Assembly (NCBI RefSeq): GCF_036321535.1
Contig: NC_087438.1
Span: 1,056,001-1,120,000 of the forward strand
Reading direction: 5' to 3'
Length of the DNA: 64,000 nt
Source: Camelus dromedarius
Lineage: Eukaryota
Shown one piece after another: positions 49,081-60,183 of the stretch. The notes below the pieces were generated by a model. It saw nothing but the letters and a program-made list of their open reading frames with translations. It was not told where the DNA came from and made no database searches. Numbering within the stretch: position 1 is the stretch's first letter; each line of letters opens with the position of its first letter. The position numbers were made by a program, and so were the translations under genes.

Positions 49081-51699
49081 ATGAGCCTGAGACACAGGGC
49101 TGGCCCCTGAGAGGCAAGGGGGGTCAGCTCAGGGTTCCGGATAAGATTCCTTTGTGATGAAAAGAAAGAAAAAGAGAGGGCCTCCTTTTTGCTGGTCAAG
49201 GTGTATGTGGAAGTGACCTCTGGAATAAGCAGATATTACTGCTGGCCCAAGGATGAAGCCAACACAGGGGTGGGGAGGGGGCGCAGGCAGGCAGGTGAGT
49301 GGGTCTTGGGCTGCCTGGCCCGCCCGCCCGCAAGCCTTGAACCGGGGGCGGCAGGCCTACTGCGAGTAAGCTGGGCTGAGGCCAGGCTCCCTGATGCGCG
49401 CAGCCAGGAGACCCCTGACGTCTCTCTCCTGTGACCACGTTCGCACGATTTCTTTCTCAGTGCTCCACCAGTGGGCCGTCGCATCCCCTTAACCAACTAA
49501 ACCTCCTGACCTCACGTGGAGAGGAGCTTCTGGTGGCCTTTGGGGGACCACAAAATCCAGTCAGTCAGGAATCGGTTAAACTAATTTCAATGACAACTAA
49601 ACGGTAATACTTACGTTTAGTTCTGAGAGTCCACTTTGTTTCTGGGTTTAGTTGATTGCCTTCTGGTAACCAGCTCTGTAGGTTGGTGGGGAGAGCAGGG
49701 TAGGTGAAGTCGACAGAGAGCGGTTTGTGTAAGACGGTCAGCCCCCAGGAACCTTGACCGTGGCCTGAGACTGAGCAGCACCTGAGGACGAGGAAGGCAT
49801 TTGGGAGCGAGCCAGGTGTGGAAAAGGTGCCAGCATTTCTGTTAGTGGAAAACAGGCAGGGACCAGCTTGCTCCGCCTGGACTCCCGCAGGGAGCCACGG
49901 AGCTGGAGTGCAGACCCGGCGGGGACCCGGCCCCGGGCAGAGGACGCATCTCCACACAGCGCTTCCCCTGACAAGGTGCAGCTGGTGCAGGCGGACGTGG
50001 CCCCACCCAGAGCCCTGCTGGCTGCCCGCCCCAGTCCCAGCATCCTGGCCCCCTCTCCACGCTTCTCTTCTCCAAAACGGTACGTGAGCCTGAAAAGCAA
50101 AGGTGGACGTTGATCAGTGACCTCGGTCACCCAATCGAATGGAAACACTTTTCAGAAGCTGCGTTCCCGACTCGAACCCTGATGGCAGCTCTCACTGACG
50201 CTCACCGTGTCCCCTGCCCTCTGTGCTCCTGGCCCACCTCTGAGGCGCCTGGACAAGTAACCTGTTGGCAGTGCCAGCCCCCTCCCGGCTCTGCCCAGGG
50301 CCCTCTCTGTGCCGGATGCCAGAGTGAGGGGCCTGTTGGCAGCAGCTGGTCACTTGCTCGTTGTGAACTTGGGACTGCTGACCCATGGAGCAGGAGCCGG
50401 GGGATGAATGCGCTTTCCCCTGTCCCGAGAGGGTGGCATGAGCCCACACGTGCTCTTCGGAGGCCCCGAGCTGGACGTGGGCTCAGCCACAGCTCCCCCT
50501 GGCCTCTCCTTATGCTGGTATTTGCATTTTGTAAAGAAGGTTGTTCTCACTGCTTTGTGATATAAAGAAGGGAGAGGAGCCACCTTCCTTCAGGATGATG
50601 TGGCTTGCACCTGACGGGACACGGAGGAGAACCCGACGCTCAGGTGGGTGAGTCCACTGTCCAGCAGCCTCAGTATCTATGGTCTTCCTGGAGATACAGC
50701 TTTAGAAAGACAAGCCACAAACAAGCGTCCTCATGAGGGAGCCTCTTAAGGCACAAAGGAAAGACCTTTTGTCCCCGAGGTGCCTCAACGCAGCTGACAC
50801 CCGAGGACACTCTGGCCAGGTGTGTGATGCTGCCAGGGTCCCAGGGTCAGCGATGCAGCCCCAGCCTGTCAGGAGCACCGGGGGCTCTTAGCAGGTCATG
50901 TCAACGTGGGGGCAAGGGACACAACAAAGCCAGGGACGAGGGGCCAGGGTGCCACTGGGCAGAGCTGTGCTTACCACGTGTGAGTGATGCAACCAGTGCT
51001 GGCCGGTATCCAGTCCTCCTCTCCTGCCGGAGTTCCACTCCCACCACCCTGAGGTGGGCAGGGCCAGCAGCCTGGTTTCGGGTGTGCTCTGTGGCACTGC
51101 TGGGTGGGGGTCCCAGTGGTTCCTCAGACTTGGAGGTCACGGGGGCTGCAGGTTGAGGTGGGGGAAACTTGAGTGTGAGTCAGTTGAATCTCTGAGTAGC
51201 ACCATGGAGGACAGCTGTCCCCGTGACTGTGAATATTGACCTCAACCCCTCTGGACTTTGCTTGAATGACGAGTTCCAAACTGGTTGAGATAAATCCCTA
51301 GATTGGGGGATTGATCACTGCAGCAGTCACTCTGCTTTTCATCACAACTGCACCGTAGATGATGCCCTGCCTTGGAACATCAGCATCACACGGAGACACA
51401 GGACGACATGGGGACAGTGTGTAAATGTGCGTGTCCCACAAACCATAGACTCAAATCGCATGTCAGTTTCTGTCAGTCTACAGATTACTGCATCATGTGT
51501 GTTATCTTCTTATTTATGTCTCCTTTATCAACTTCCCCCCAAGTTTATTCAAGTCTATTTATTCTGAAGTTAAAGTACTCAAAATTCAAATTACAGATTG
51601 TTAATGTACGAGTTCAAAAGCTAGAGTTCTGTGTGGTTTTGTTAATAAGACTCATGTATTTGAAACCATCCTATAAAAATCGCCAGTAATTTAACATCT

Positions 51700-52400
51700 G
51701 TTGGAACAAAACACAACAGAAGTGGAAATTGCAAATATTGGGTAAATGTAAATACTATTTCCTTTAATTTTCTTAAAAATCTATTGAATAAACAAACATA
51801 ATTCTAAAATGTATTATGAGTTTCATAAGGCATATGTAAATAAGATACATGATGACAATAACACACAGGTCTGGAAGTGAGGAAACAGTATTATACATGA
51901 AGTGATATAATATTAGTTCAAGGCAGATTGTGATGAGTTAGGGGCACATAGTGTAATTACTAGAGCAACCACTAATAAAATAAGACAATTAGAGCTACTA
52001 AACAGATAAGTATTTGATAAAACATGTATGAAAATACAACATGTCACAATCTGTTGATGCAGGTAAAACTGTGCCCAGAGGGAAATTCATAGCATTAGAT
52101 GGATTCATATATATATGTATTTAAAGTTGAAAATCAATATTGTTTCCTTCTTAAGAAGTTGAAAAAGAAAATAAATCAAGAAAATAACAAAATAAGAAAA
52201 AAAAATCAATAAAATATGTTAGATAACCAATAGAGAAAATAAATAAAGCTGAAAGTTGTTTTTTGGGGGAAGTTAATAAAATTGATTTGTCCCCAGAGAT
52301 TTATCAAGAAAAATAGTAGAAGATACAAATTACTGGTATCAGAATCCAAAAAGGGAATATTCCTACAGATCCTGCAGATGTTACAAAGAATAATAAATAG
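51700..52400 (+). mobile_element. Old L1 (L1M) internal fragment, start of ORF2 region
   Basis: A-rich strand; aaaatacaacatgtcacaatctgttgatgcag, agagggaaattcatagcatta, ctacagatcctgcagatgttacaaagaataataa. Confidence 0.75.
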
Positions 52401-52539
52401 GTTTATGTCCAGCTTTCAGTGTATACACTTCACACTCTTCATGCTCAAACCAAATCACACTTTCTTCATTTTCTTTTCATGCTGGTCCTACCCCCAGACC
52501 TACTGCTTCATTCTCCTAGTCTGTTTCTCCTATATTCAC

Positions 52540-52690
52540 ACACAGATTCACTCACATGCATTTATGCACTCTAATATTTAGCAAATATCTAAATAGTGGT
52601 TAGAGTAAGGTGTTAGGCACTATGAACACATAAATGATGGTGAGACACAAAGATTCTGGTTTCCTACAAACATCTACTTCCTGCCAAGAA
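52540..52690 (-). mobile_element. L2 3' end remnant
   Basis: attcactcacatgcatttatgcact....atttagcaaatatct...tgttaggcactatgaaca. Confidence 0.45.
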
Positions 52691-55189
52691 GGTGAAGTTG
52701 CATAGCTGCTGGCGCCATCCTTCAAAATGGACCCTAAAATGCTACAGAATGTGGAGGGTCACGTGCCTTCCAGTGTGGTAGACTCGGGGAGATCGGGGAC
52801 CATTTCTTCAGAGTTGTTCTAGAAAAACACACATTGCTAAGAATTTGTCCAAAAGGTGCACCACATCGGGGAGCTTGTAGCTTGCCATGGACCCCGCTGA
52901 GGAGGCTCTGGTTTGGGGCATCTGAGAGCTGTGTGGAGGCCGACTAATCTCGTATCTTGCGCGCACACAGTGCAACAGTTCATCTGCCCTCAACTGTGGA
53001 CACTGCCTCAGGCCCTGGAGCTGCAGGGGATGAGGAAGGGCGCTGGGGACACAGCCTTGGGCCGAGCCGTCGCTAGCATGCAGCGGACACGGGGCAGGCC
53101 TTGGGGCTCCTCTGATGCTGGCAGGGTCAGGCCCACCCCCAGAGCGGCCGTGCCCATCTCGGCGTCCCTTGTAAGTGCAGGGAGGTGGCCAGTCATTGGA
53201 GGGTCCTCCTGCTGGAGGCAGCATGCTTCCCAGTGTCTCCCCCTTGGTGGGAAGATGTGGACACCCCGTCCCTGGGCTGCCTGCACTCGGCCTCTTGCTG
53301 GCAGTCTCTGCTCTGTCCCAGGAAGGGCACGGATCTGCTGCTCGGCTGGAGGAACGCCACCTCCTGACCCATGGGGAGTGGGCCGGATGCTGGGCTGGGA
53401 TGCGGGGCGGCAGGACAGCTCACCTGTCTGCAGTCCCTTTGTCCTTCGTCCCCCCGCGGGACCTGAAGCAGTCGGGGTGTAACCCCTGAGAATCCGGACG
53501 AGCAGCGGCACGGATTCCGGACGGAGACTGTCCTCCTCCCGGACGTGGGTCATGGGGGGAGGGGAGGCTGAGTATCCTGAGCGGCGGCAAGTCGGGTACA
53601 GGCAGCACCGCCTTCCCCCGTTCCCGGGCCGGCCTCTGAGCGGAGCCCTGGGACAATCCCTGCGGCCCTGCTCTGCCTGGGCGGCCTTGCCCCGCAGCTC
53701 GGGTCCCTGGAAGGCATGTCTCCTCAGGCCAGGCCGGCAGGGCTGATGACCCAAGAGCCGGGCAAGGCACACAGGCCCTCTCTGGGCCATGCCCTGTGCG
53801 TGCCTGGGGGGCCCCCTGGGGTCCCCAGTGCCGTCTCCGGGCGGGAGGTCGTGAGGTAAGAGAGTGAAGCTGTGAGCAGGAGGAGGTGGTGGCCGGGGAC
53901 GGTGGGGGGGGGTCTCATCCCAGCCCCCCCCCCGCCCTGCCCCCGCCCCGCCCCCCGCGGACTGGCTCTCCTTCCTCCACCCTCCACGCCCACGCCCACG
54001 TCGGTGCACGCGCACAGGGCGCCATCTAGACGGGGTCCTCTGCTGAGACGTAAGTAAAACCACGCGTTCAAAGCCGTGGTCAGGGCCCAGCCCAGAGCAG
54101 CGCGCACGGACGCTGTGGGTGAGGGTCCAGCCTGCCGGCCCCCGACGCAAGCTCTGCGGCCTGTGCCGGGTGTGGGAGCCCCTCCGCGAGGAGCACCTCC
54201 CTGGTTCCAGGGCGCTCCTCGGCGCCTGGAGACGCCCGGGGTGGGGGTGGGGGGGCCGGGAACACCCTGGCCCAGCCCCGGGCGAGGGACCAGCGCTCGC
54301 GCCGCAGCGGAGCTGGGACAGTGCGCCCACCGTCCCCGCCGACGTCTCCCGCGGAGGTCTCTGCCGTCTGCTGTTTCTCATTTTTAAGAACCTCGCGTTT
54401 CGGTCGGCCGTTCGGGCAGGGCCTGGAGGCGCGTGATTGAACTGATAGTTTCCTTCAAGGAAAGGGATTGAGAGTAAACAGCAGATCCGTGGTTTCAAAG
54501 CGCATTTGCTTCAGTCCCCGGGCTTCAGTCGCGCCGCAGATCGCTCGGGCCGGGTCCGCGCAGTTGGAAGACGGGGCGGTGCCTGCGCTGGGCCACGGGG
54601 AGCCGGTGCGTCCCCGGGCCGGCTGCGGAGGGCCTTCCGCGGGGGCGCGCGGGCTCGTCTCCCGCTGCGCTGCTTCCGCGATCTCGATCTCCCCGCAGTC
54701 ACCTCAGAACGTGAAGATGATACACGCGCAGCATGAGCCGTTTGCATTAAGTACGCGCTTATTTCACTAAAAGGAAAAGCAGACAAATTAGGCTTTCTTC
54801 TCTTCAAGTCTCTTTCCCGAGGAAGATTATTTACAGTAGATTTTTTTTTCTATTCCTCTCCCTTCCATTCCTCCAAAGGCAATAAAAAGCAATTCTGAGA
54901 GCACGGCAGAAAATCAGTTTTTAATCAAGAAAAAACAATCTGTGGGAAACGTGCTGCTCCAGCTCAGAGAAACCTCCGCGGCTGGGTCCTCGCGCTGCCC
55001 GCCCGCGGCCGGGGCCTCTGCCCGTCCTGCCCGGGGCGGGTGGGGGCTGCGAGGCCGCGTCTGTCTGCCTGTCCGGCCACAGCGAGCCCTCCTTCACGCA
55101 GCATCACACCTGTGACAGGACTCGGGGACCAGTGCAGGACCCCTCTCGGCCCTGCTCTGTGGCCAGGCTGCTCCCTGTCCCTGTCTTTG

Positions 55190-55390
55190 TTTGTGTGTCC
55201 AGAGGCCAGCAGAGCTGACCGGAGGCTGGGCCGGGATCTTCCTGATCAGGCCCAAAGGGGCCTGCCTCCTGGCGGCTGCCCGGGTAGCAGGTTTGGACCC
55301 CCACGCCCCTGTGCTGGGAGGGAGGAAGCCCAGGCTGAGGGGCACCAAATTCGGGGGGTTTTGTTACAGAGCAGCAAATAAGGGAAATAG
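55190..55390 (+). mobile_element. MLT1 LTR 3' fragment
   Basis: Ends caccaaattcgggggg.tttgttacagagcagcaaataagggaaata, resembling the MLT1 3' terminus. Confidence 0.5.
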
Positions 55391-56069
55391 CGCCCACATG
55401 GCACACCGTCCCGAAAGCCCTGGAGGGCAGATGGGCGGTTATGGCCCGTCCTCACCACAGAGGTGCAGCTGGCTGGTGTGCGTCTCCTGGGAGTGACCTC
55501 CGCACACGCCCGAGTTCCTTCTTCCCGATGCCCAGGCCCTCGGCGCTCAGAGTGACCGTGGTGCCCCTGGCCCTGTTCAGCCCAGAGGGAGAGGGCGGAT
55601 GGGAGGGGTCCTGATGTGGGACTGCGGCCGTCTGGCTGTGCCCTGCTCAGCCCTTGGAAATCCTAGCCCCCCTCCCCCAGCCTGTCCCAGGGGCTCTGCC
55701 CACACCGGAGTCCACCCCGCGCCCCTGCTGCTCACGACTGCCCTCAGACCACTGGACGCCCCAGAGCAGGTGGAGACCCCGGCCCGCAGTCCTCAATCCA
55801 AGTGTGTGCAGGGCCGGAGGGACCGTGTCTGCCCTGTACCGGCCAGGAACGCGAGACACCCTGGCTCTTACCACTGTGCATCTTAGACACCACAGACGCA
55901 CCCCCTCCCCTCCCCAGCCCCCTCCTCTCTGGGGGTCTTCATTGTCTTCCGTCCTCCCCTGGTCCTCCTGAGCCCTTCCCCGACCACCCCAAGAACGTCC
56001 TGTCTTCTGGAGAAAACGCGCAGCCTGGGCTGCTCTGCTCGATGCCAGCTTTTATAAAACAATGTTTTT

Positions 56070-56581
56070 GTTTTTAATTGAAGTAGAGTTGATTTGCAGT
56101 ACTGTGCTAGTTTCTGGTATGCAGCATGGTGACTCAGTTATATATATATATTCCTTTTCATATTCTTTTTCGTTGTGAGCTGTTACAGGTTTTGAGTACA
56201 GTTCCCTGTGCTCTACAGTAGGACTTTGTTGTCTATTTTATATACACTAGTTAGTATCTACAAATCTTGAAATCCCAGTTTATCCCTTCCCACCCCTTCC
56301 CCCATAACCATGAGTTTGTTTTCTGTGTCTGAGTCTCTCTCTATTTTGTAAATAAGCTCATTTGTGTCCTTTTTTTGGATTCCACATACAAGTGGTGATA
56401 TACGGTATTTTTCTTTCTCTTTCTGGCTTATGTCACTTAGAATGACAAGCTCCAGGTCCATCCATGTTGCTGCAAATGGCATTATTTTACTCTTTTTCAT
56501 GGCTGAGTAGTATTCCCTTGCACACATACATCACGTCTTCTTTATCCAGTCAGCTGTCAAGGGACACTTAGGTTGCTTCCC
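56070..56581 (-). mobile_element. 5'-truncated relatively young L1 (ORF2 C-terminus + 3' UTR) with target-site duplication
   Basis: ORF 56258..56527 EYYSAMKKSKIMPFAATWMDLELVILSDISQ = L1 ORF2 end; TSD AAAACAATG(T/C)TTTT at 56056-56069 and 56582-56595. Confidence 0.92.
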
Positions 56582-57629
56582 AAAACAATGCTTTTGGTAA
56601 GTTATAAAGCTGATTGTGAGAAATTTGGAAAACAGAGGAAAGAGCACAGAAACAGTAAAAGCTAACTCAGCATCACACCACCCAGAGAGGACTCGAGAGG
56701 AGGACCCTAGGTCTCTGACGCTTTAATTCCATTTCGGCGACTGGGATAAAACTCAGGGTAACACACATTTCCGCAGACACTCCTTTGCGTGGACGCCCCG
56801 TCTTCCTCGAGTCAGTCAGGTCAGCGAGCTTTCCTGTCATGGACTGGAGAGTAAACATTCTGGTCTTTGGGAGCCCCGGGGTCTCGGCCTTGGGGACTGT
56901 GCTCTGCGTGGCAGTGACAGCCGCCCGGCCACACCGAGCCCATGGGCGTGGCCGTGGTTATGGACTCCAGCCGCCACTCAGGTGTGTTCAATAGAAAGGC
57001 ACCTTGTAAAGGGACTTTTCCTGTCCTTCCCCAGATTCTGTCTGTGTGTGCACATCAGGAAAGCAGCGGAACGCCACCTGCCCTCCTGCCACCTTGTCCC
57101 TCGGGACCTGTTCCCAGTTAGGGATACGTGACCTTTTCAAAGCTCTCTGCGCAGCCGGGCGCCGGGTCAGGCAGAGTTAATGCGCTGCCTGCCAGATCTT
57201 CATCTCTGGAAGGGGAATCAGTTTAAAACTGATTACTTTTCATGAGAAAAATAATGAGCCACGGAAACAAGCCCAGCGGGCATCTGTGTTGGGGGGAGGG
57301 CATCCCACGGCCACTCAGGGCAGCGGCTCAGGAGGGCGCACCAGGCACGGGGGCTGGGGGTGCAGAGGGGACCCAGCACTGTGCTGCGAGTCCACAGAGG
57401 GGTTCTCATGCTCCACAACCCTGGCTGTGGAGAGTCTGCCCCCCCTGGAGGGGCGTGACCCCTGGCAGGGGCTGCCCATCTCGCCCCTGTCTCTGGGGTG
57501 CAGACAGGGCAAACTTGGAGCTCCCAGGTGGGGAGCGAGGAGGCTGTGTTGAGCAGCACTGGGGGACTAGAGCCTGGTAGCAGGGGGTCCTGAACATACC
57601 CCAAGCAGGGGGACATGAGAAGGGAGTGC

Positions 57630-58005
57630 TGGTGTCCTGTGGCCATAACCAACACTGCAGACAAGAGGAACTTATCCTTTCCCAGCCCTGGAGCCAGGGG
57701 TCCGAGATCCAGGTGTGGTCAGATCGCCCTCCCTCCTTCCTGCCTCTTCCAGGGTCTGAGGTCCCAGACGCCCCTGGGCTCATGATGGCACCCCTCCAGT
57801 TTCTGCCTGTGTCTTCAATGTGGCTTCTCCTTGTGTCTCTGTTGCTGGATTCGGGGCCCACCCGGGTAATCCTGGATAAGCTCTTCCTCTCAAAGTCCTT
57901 AGGTTACATCTGCAAAGTCTCTTTCCCCAAACAAGGCCCTGTTCCCAGGTCTGGGGATGAAGGTGTGGGTCTGTCTTTTGGGGTCCTCCATGCAACCCAC
58001 TGTTG
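57630..58005 (-). mobile_element. MLT1 solo LTR
   Basis: gtccgagatccaggtgt, ggattcggggcccacccgggtaatcc.ggataa.ctc, ttacatctgcaaag.ctctttcc..aaacaagg. Confidence 0.8.
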
Positions 58006-58519
58006 CACCCACCTGCCCAGTGCAGGCCCAGGGAGCTGCCCCCTGAGCAGAGGAGCAAGTGGCCGGATGGAACAGAGGCTCTTTAGGTGTGATTCCGCCT
58101 CCCGAGAGCCCCCCGGGCAGTCCCCTCCAGCACCCGCGTCTCACCTGCCAGCGGGAAACCGCCGCTCTTGTCCAGCCCAGTGACTGCTCTAGGGAGCAGG
58201 ATCAGATTGGGTCCCTCGGCCTAAGAGCAGAATTAGGATGATGGGTGGGGACTGTGAAAGGTGTTTGCTGATCAGGATTCAGAGAAACTTTTTGATGAAG
58301 GTGACCTAAAATCGGGACAGGCTACGATAGAAGGTCATGAATTCTAACTTGTCACTTCTTGCCTGGCTCCCCTGGACACCATGTTTGTTGATGAAATAGA
58401 TTCATACGTGCAGTGTTCAGAAGGAATGTTAGATGTCCACTGAGCAAAAACACGAAAAGAATGTCTGCAAAGTTCTATTTTACGAGGAGCTGAGCTGAGT
58501 GGCTAACAAAAGACACTGG

Positions 58520-58815
58520 TAGCTGAATAAAGCAGAACATGATTTCTCCCGCATCCAAGGGGGCTGCAGGTGGGCAGTGCATGGCTGTTATGGGGGCTCC
58601 AACCTCCTCAGGTAGCGCAGCTCCTGCTGTCCTGCCTACCTCATTTGGCTTCCATCCTAAGTTTGCCTCATAGTCCTAAGGTGGCTGCTGATGCTTCAGC
58701 CATCATACCTGCATTGCAGGCAAGAGGCAGAAAAAGAGTGAGAAAGGCTAGGAGGGCCTTTCCTGAAAGCCCTACCCAACAATGACCTCCTTCATCTGAT
58801 TGGCCACTTCCTTAG
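58520..58815 (-). mobile_element. Old MLT1J/K-like LTR remnant
   Basis: cctcatagtcctaaggtggctgctg..gcttcagccatca.acctgcatt.caggca, ctttcctgaaagccc, tctgattggcca. Confidence 0.55.
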
Positions 58816-58989
58816 GTGAGGGTGCTGATTCCAGACTGTGAGGGAATTTCATTCATCTGCAGCAAAATGATACAAATAAGAAAAAAATTGAGCGATATTT
58901 CTTCAAAGTAATTTAATTTTTATTCTTCCAACATTTTTGGCATTAAAATATACATTGGAAACGGTGGCGAAGGAGATTGTACTTATTTT

Positions 58990-59930
58990 GTTTGATGCCA
59001 TGGCTTTTCTGAATAGTTTTATTATTTCAAACAATACAGTTTAAAAATCAAACAATATTACAAGGTTTATAAGAAAACACAGTTCTACCCCAGATCACAC
59101 CCTCATCATCTCGTTTTGTTCCCCAGAAGCACCTCTCTCTTCTATCACCTATTGTTCAACTCTTTGTCTCTATACTTCTGAACAATATAGTTATCTTACT
59201 ATTGATTTCTCGTTTTTAGACCGTATCTATTGACATCCTCCTGGTAGTTACAGCTTAACTCTCTTGTGCCCTAAACTGTATCTCTTTTCTAGCATGACTT
59301 TCCCTGTCTTCCCAGCGTGCTTTTCTCACTAGTTTTGATAAAATCATTTTTATTTCCTGCGGAGCCAAGTTCCACACTGTGATTGTTTTTCCTTTGTTAT
59401 ATAACTTTACATTTTTCCTGGAGTTAATGTGTGCCTGATCGTTTTCACTGCTTACTACTCTAGGAATCTAGTGCAGTGCTTCCCTAATGCTCTCACTGAC
59501 CCATTGAACATCTACTGATAATATTTCAAATGTCCAAACACATCAAACAGTGTGACAGCTCCTTGGCCCCTGCTCTCACCCCCACTGCCTCCCTCATTTC
59601 CTAGCTGCACAATTCCTCCTCTTCTAGGCATTTTACATAAATGGAATAATTCAACATATGCTCTTATGGATCTGATTTTTTTCAGCATAATGTTTTAAAA
59701 TCTTTAGCGTTTTTTTAAGTTCATCCACGAGGAATATGAATCAGGGGTTTGCTCCTTCTTATTGGGGGTGGATCCCATCACGTAGGTGCAGTACATTTTG
59801 TCTATAAATTTGCTACTAGATGGGCATGTGGTTTGTTTCTAGCTTTTGTCTGTTACAACCAATGCTGCATCGCACTATGTATATATTAGGCTACTAATAA
59901 TAGACATTCACACACCTGTTTTCATGTGTG
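58990..59930 (-). mobile_element. Ancient L1 (L1ME-like) 3' fragments
   Basis: T-rich; ttttacataaatggaataattcaacatatgctctt, cagcataatgtttt, gatgggcatgtggtttgtttctagctttt. Confidence 0.7.
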
Positions 59931-60045
59931 TCCTAGTAGGGTTCAAGGAGTTTGCCGAAACCTTGAAATTTATAAAAAGAAGGTGAGCCCTTGCAGGAGG
60001 GCCTGTGGGGCCTCTCGACATGTCTCCTAACACTCTTATTATTTT

Positions 60046-60183
60046 ATTTTGTGGAGGGGAGGTAATTAGGTGTATGCACGTATGTATGCATGCATGCATG
60101 TGTTTAGTGGAGGTACTGGGGATGGGGCCCCGGACCTCGTGCATGCTAAGCACGCGCTCTACCTCTGAGCTATCCCTTCCCCC
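60046..60183 (-). mobile_element. tRNA-derived SINE (camelid Vic-1-like) with TSD
   Basis: Reverse reads gggaagggatagctcagaggtagagcgcgtgcttagcatgcacgaggtcc...cctaattacctcccc; TSD CTCTTA(T/G)TATTTT at 60033-60045 and 60184-60196. Confidence 0.85.

Noticed and set aside
52808..53010. Protein-like minus reading (LRADELLHCVRARYEI...YKLPDVVHLLDKFLAMCVFLEQL)
   Set aside because: No convincing flanking splice sites or partner exons found.
53008..54498. 496-aa minus-strand ORF
   Set aside because: Non-ATG start, Pro/Gly/Arg-rich low complexity, no domain; expected in GC-rich DNA depleted of stop codons.
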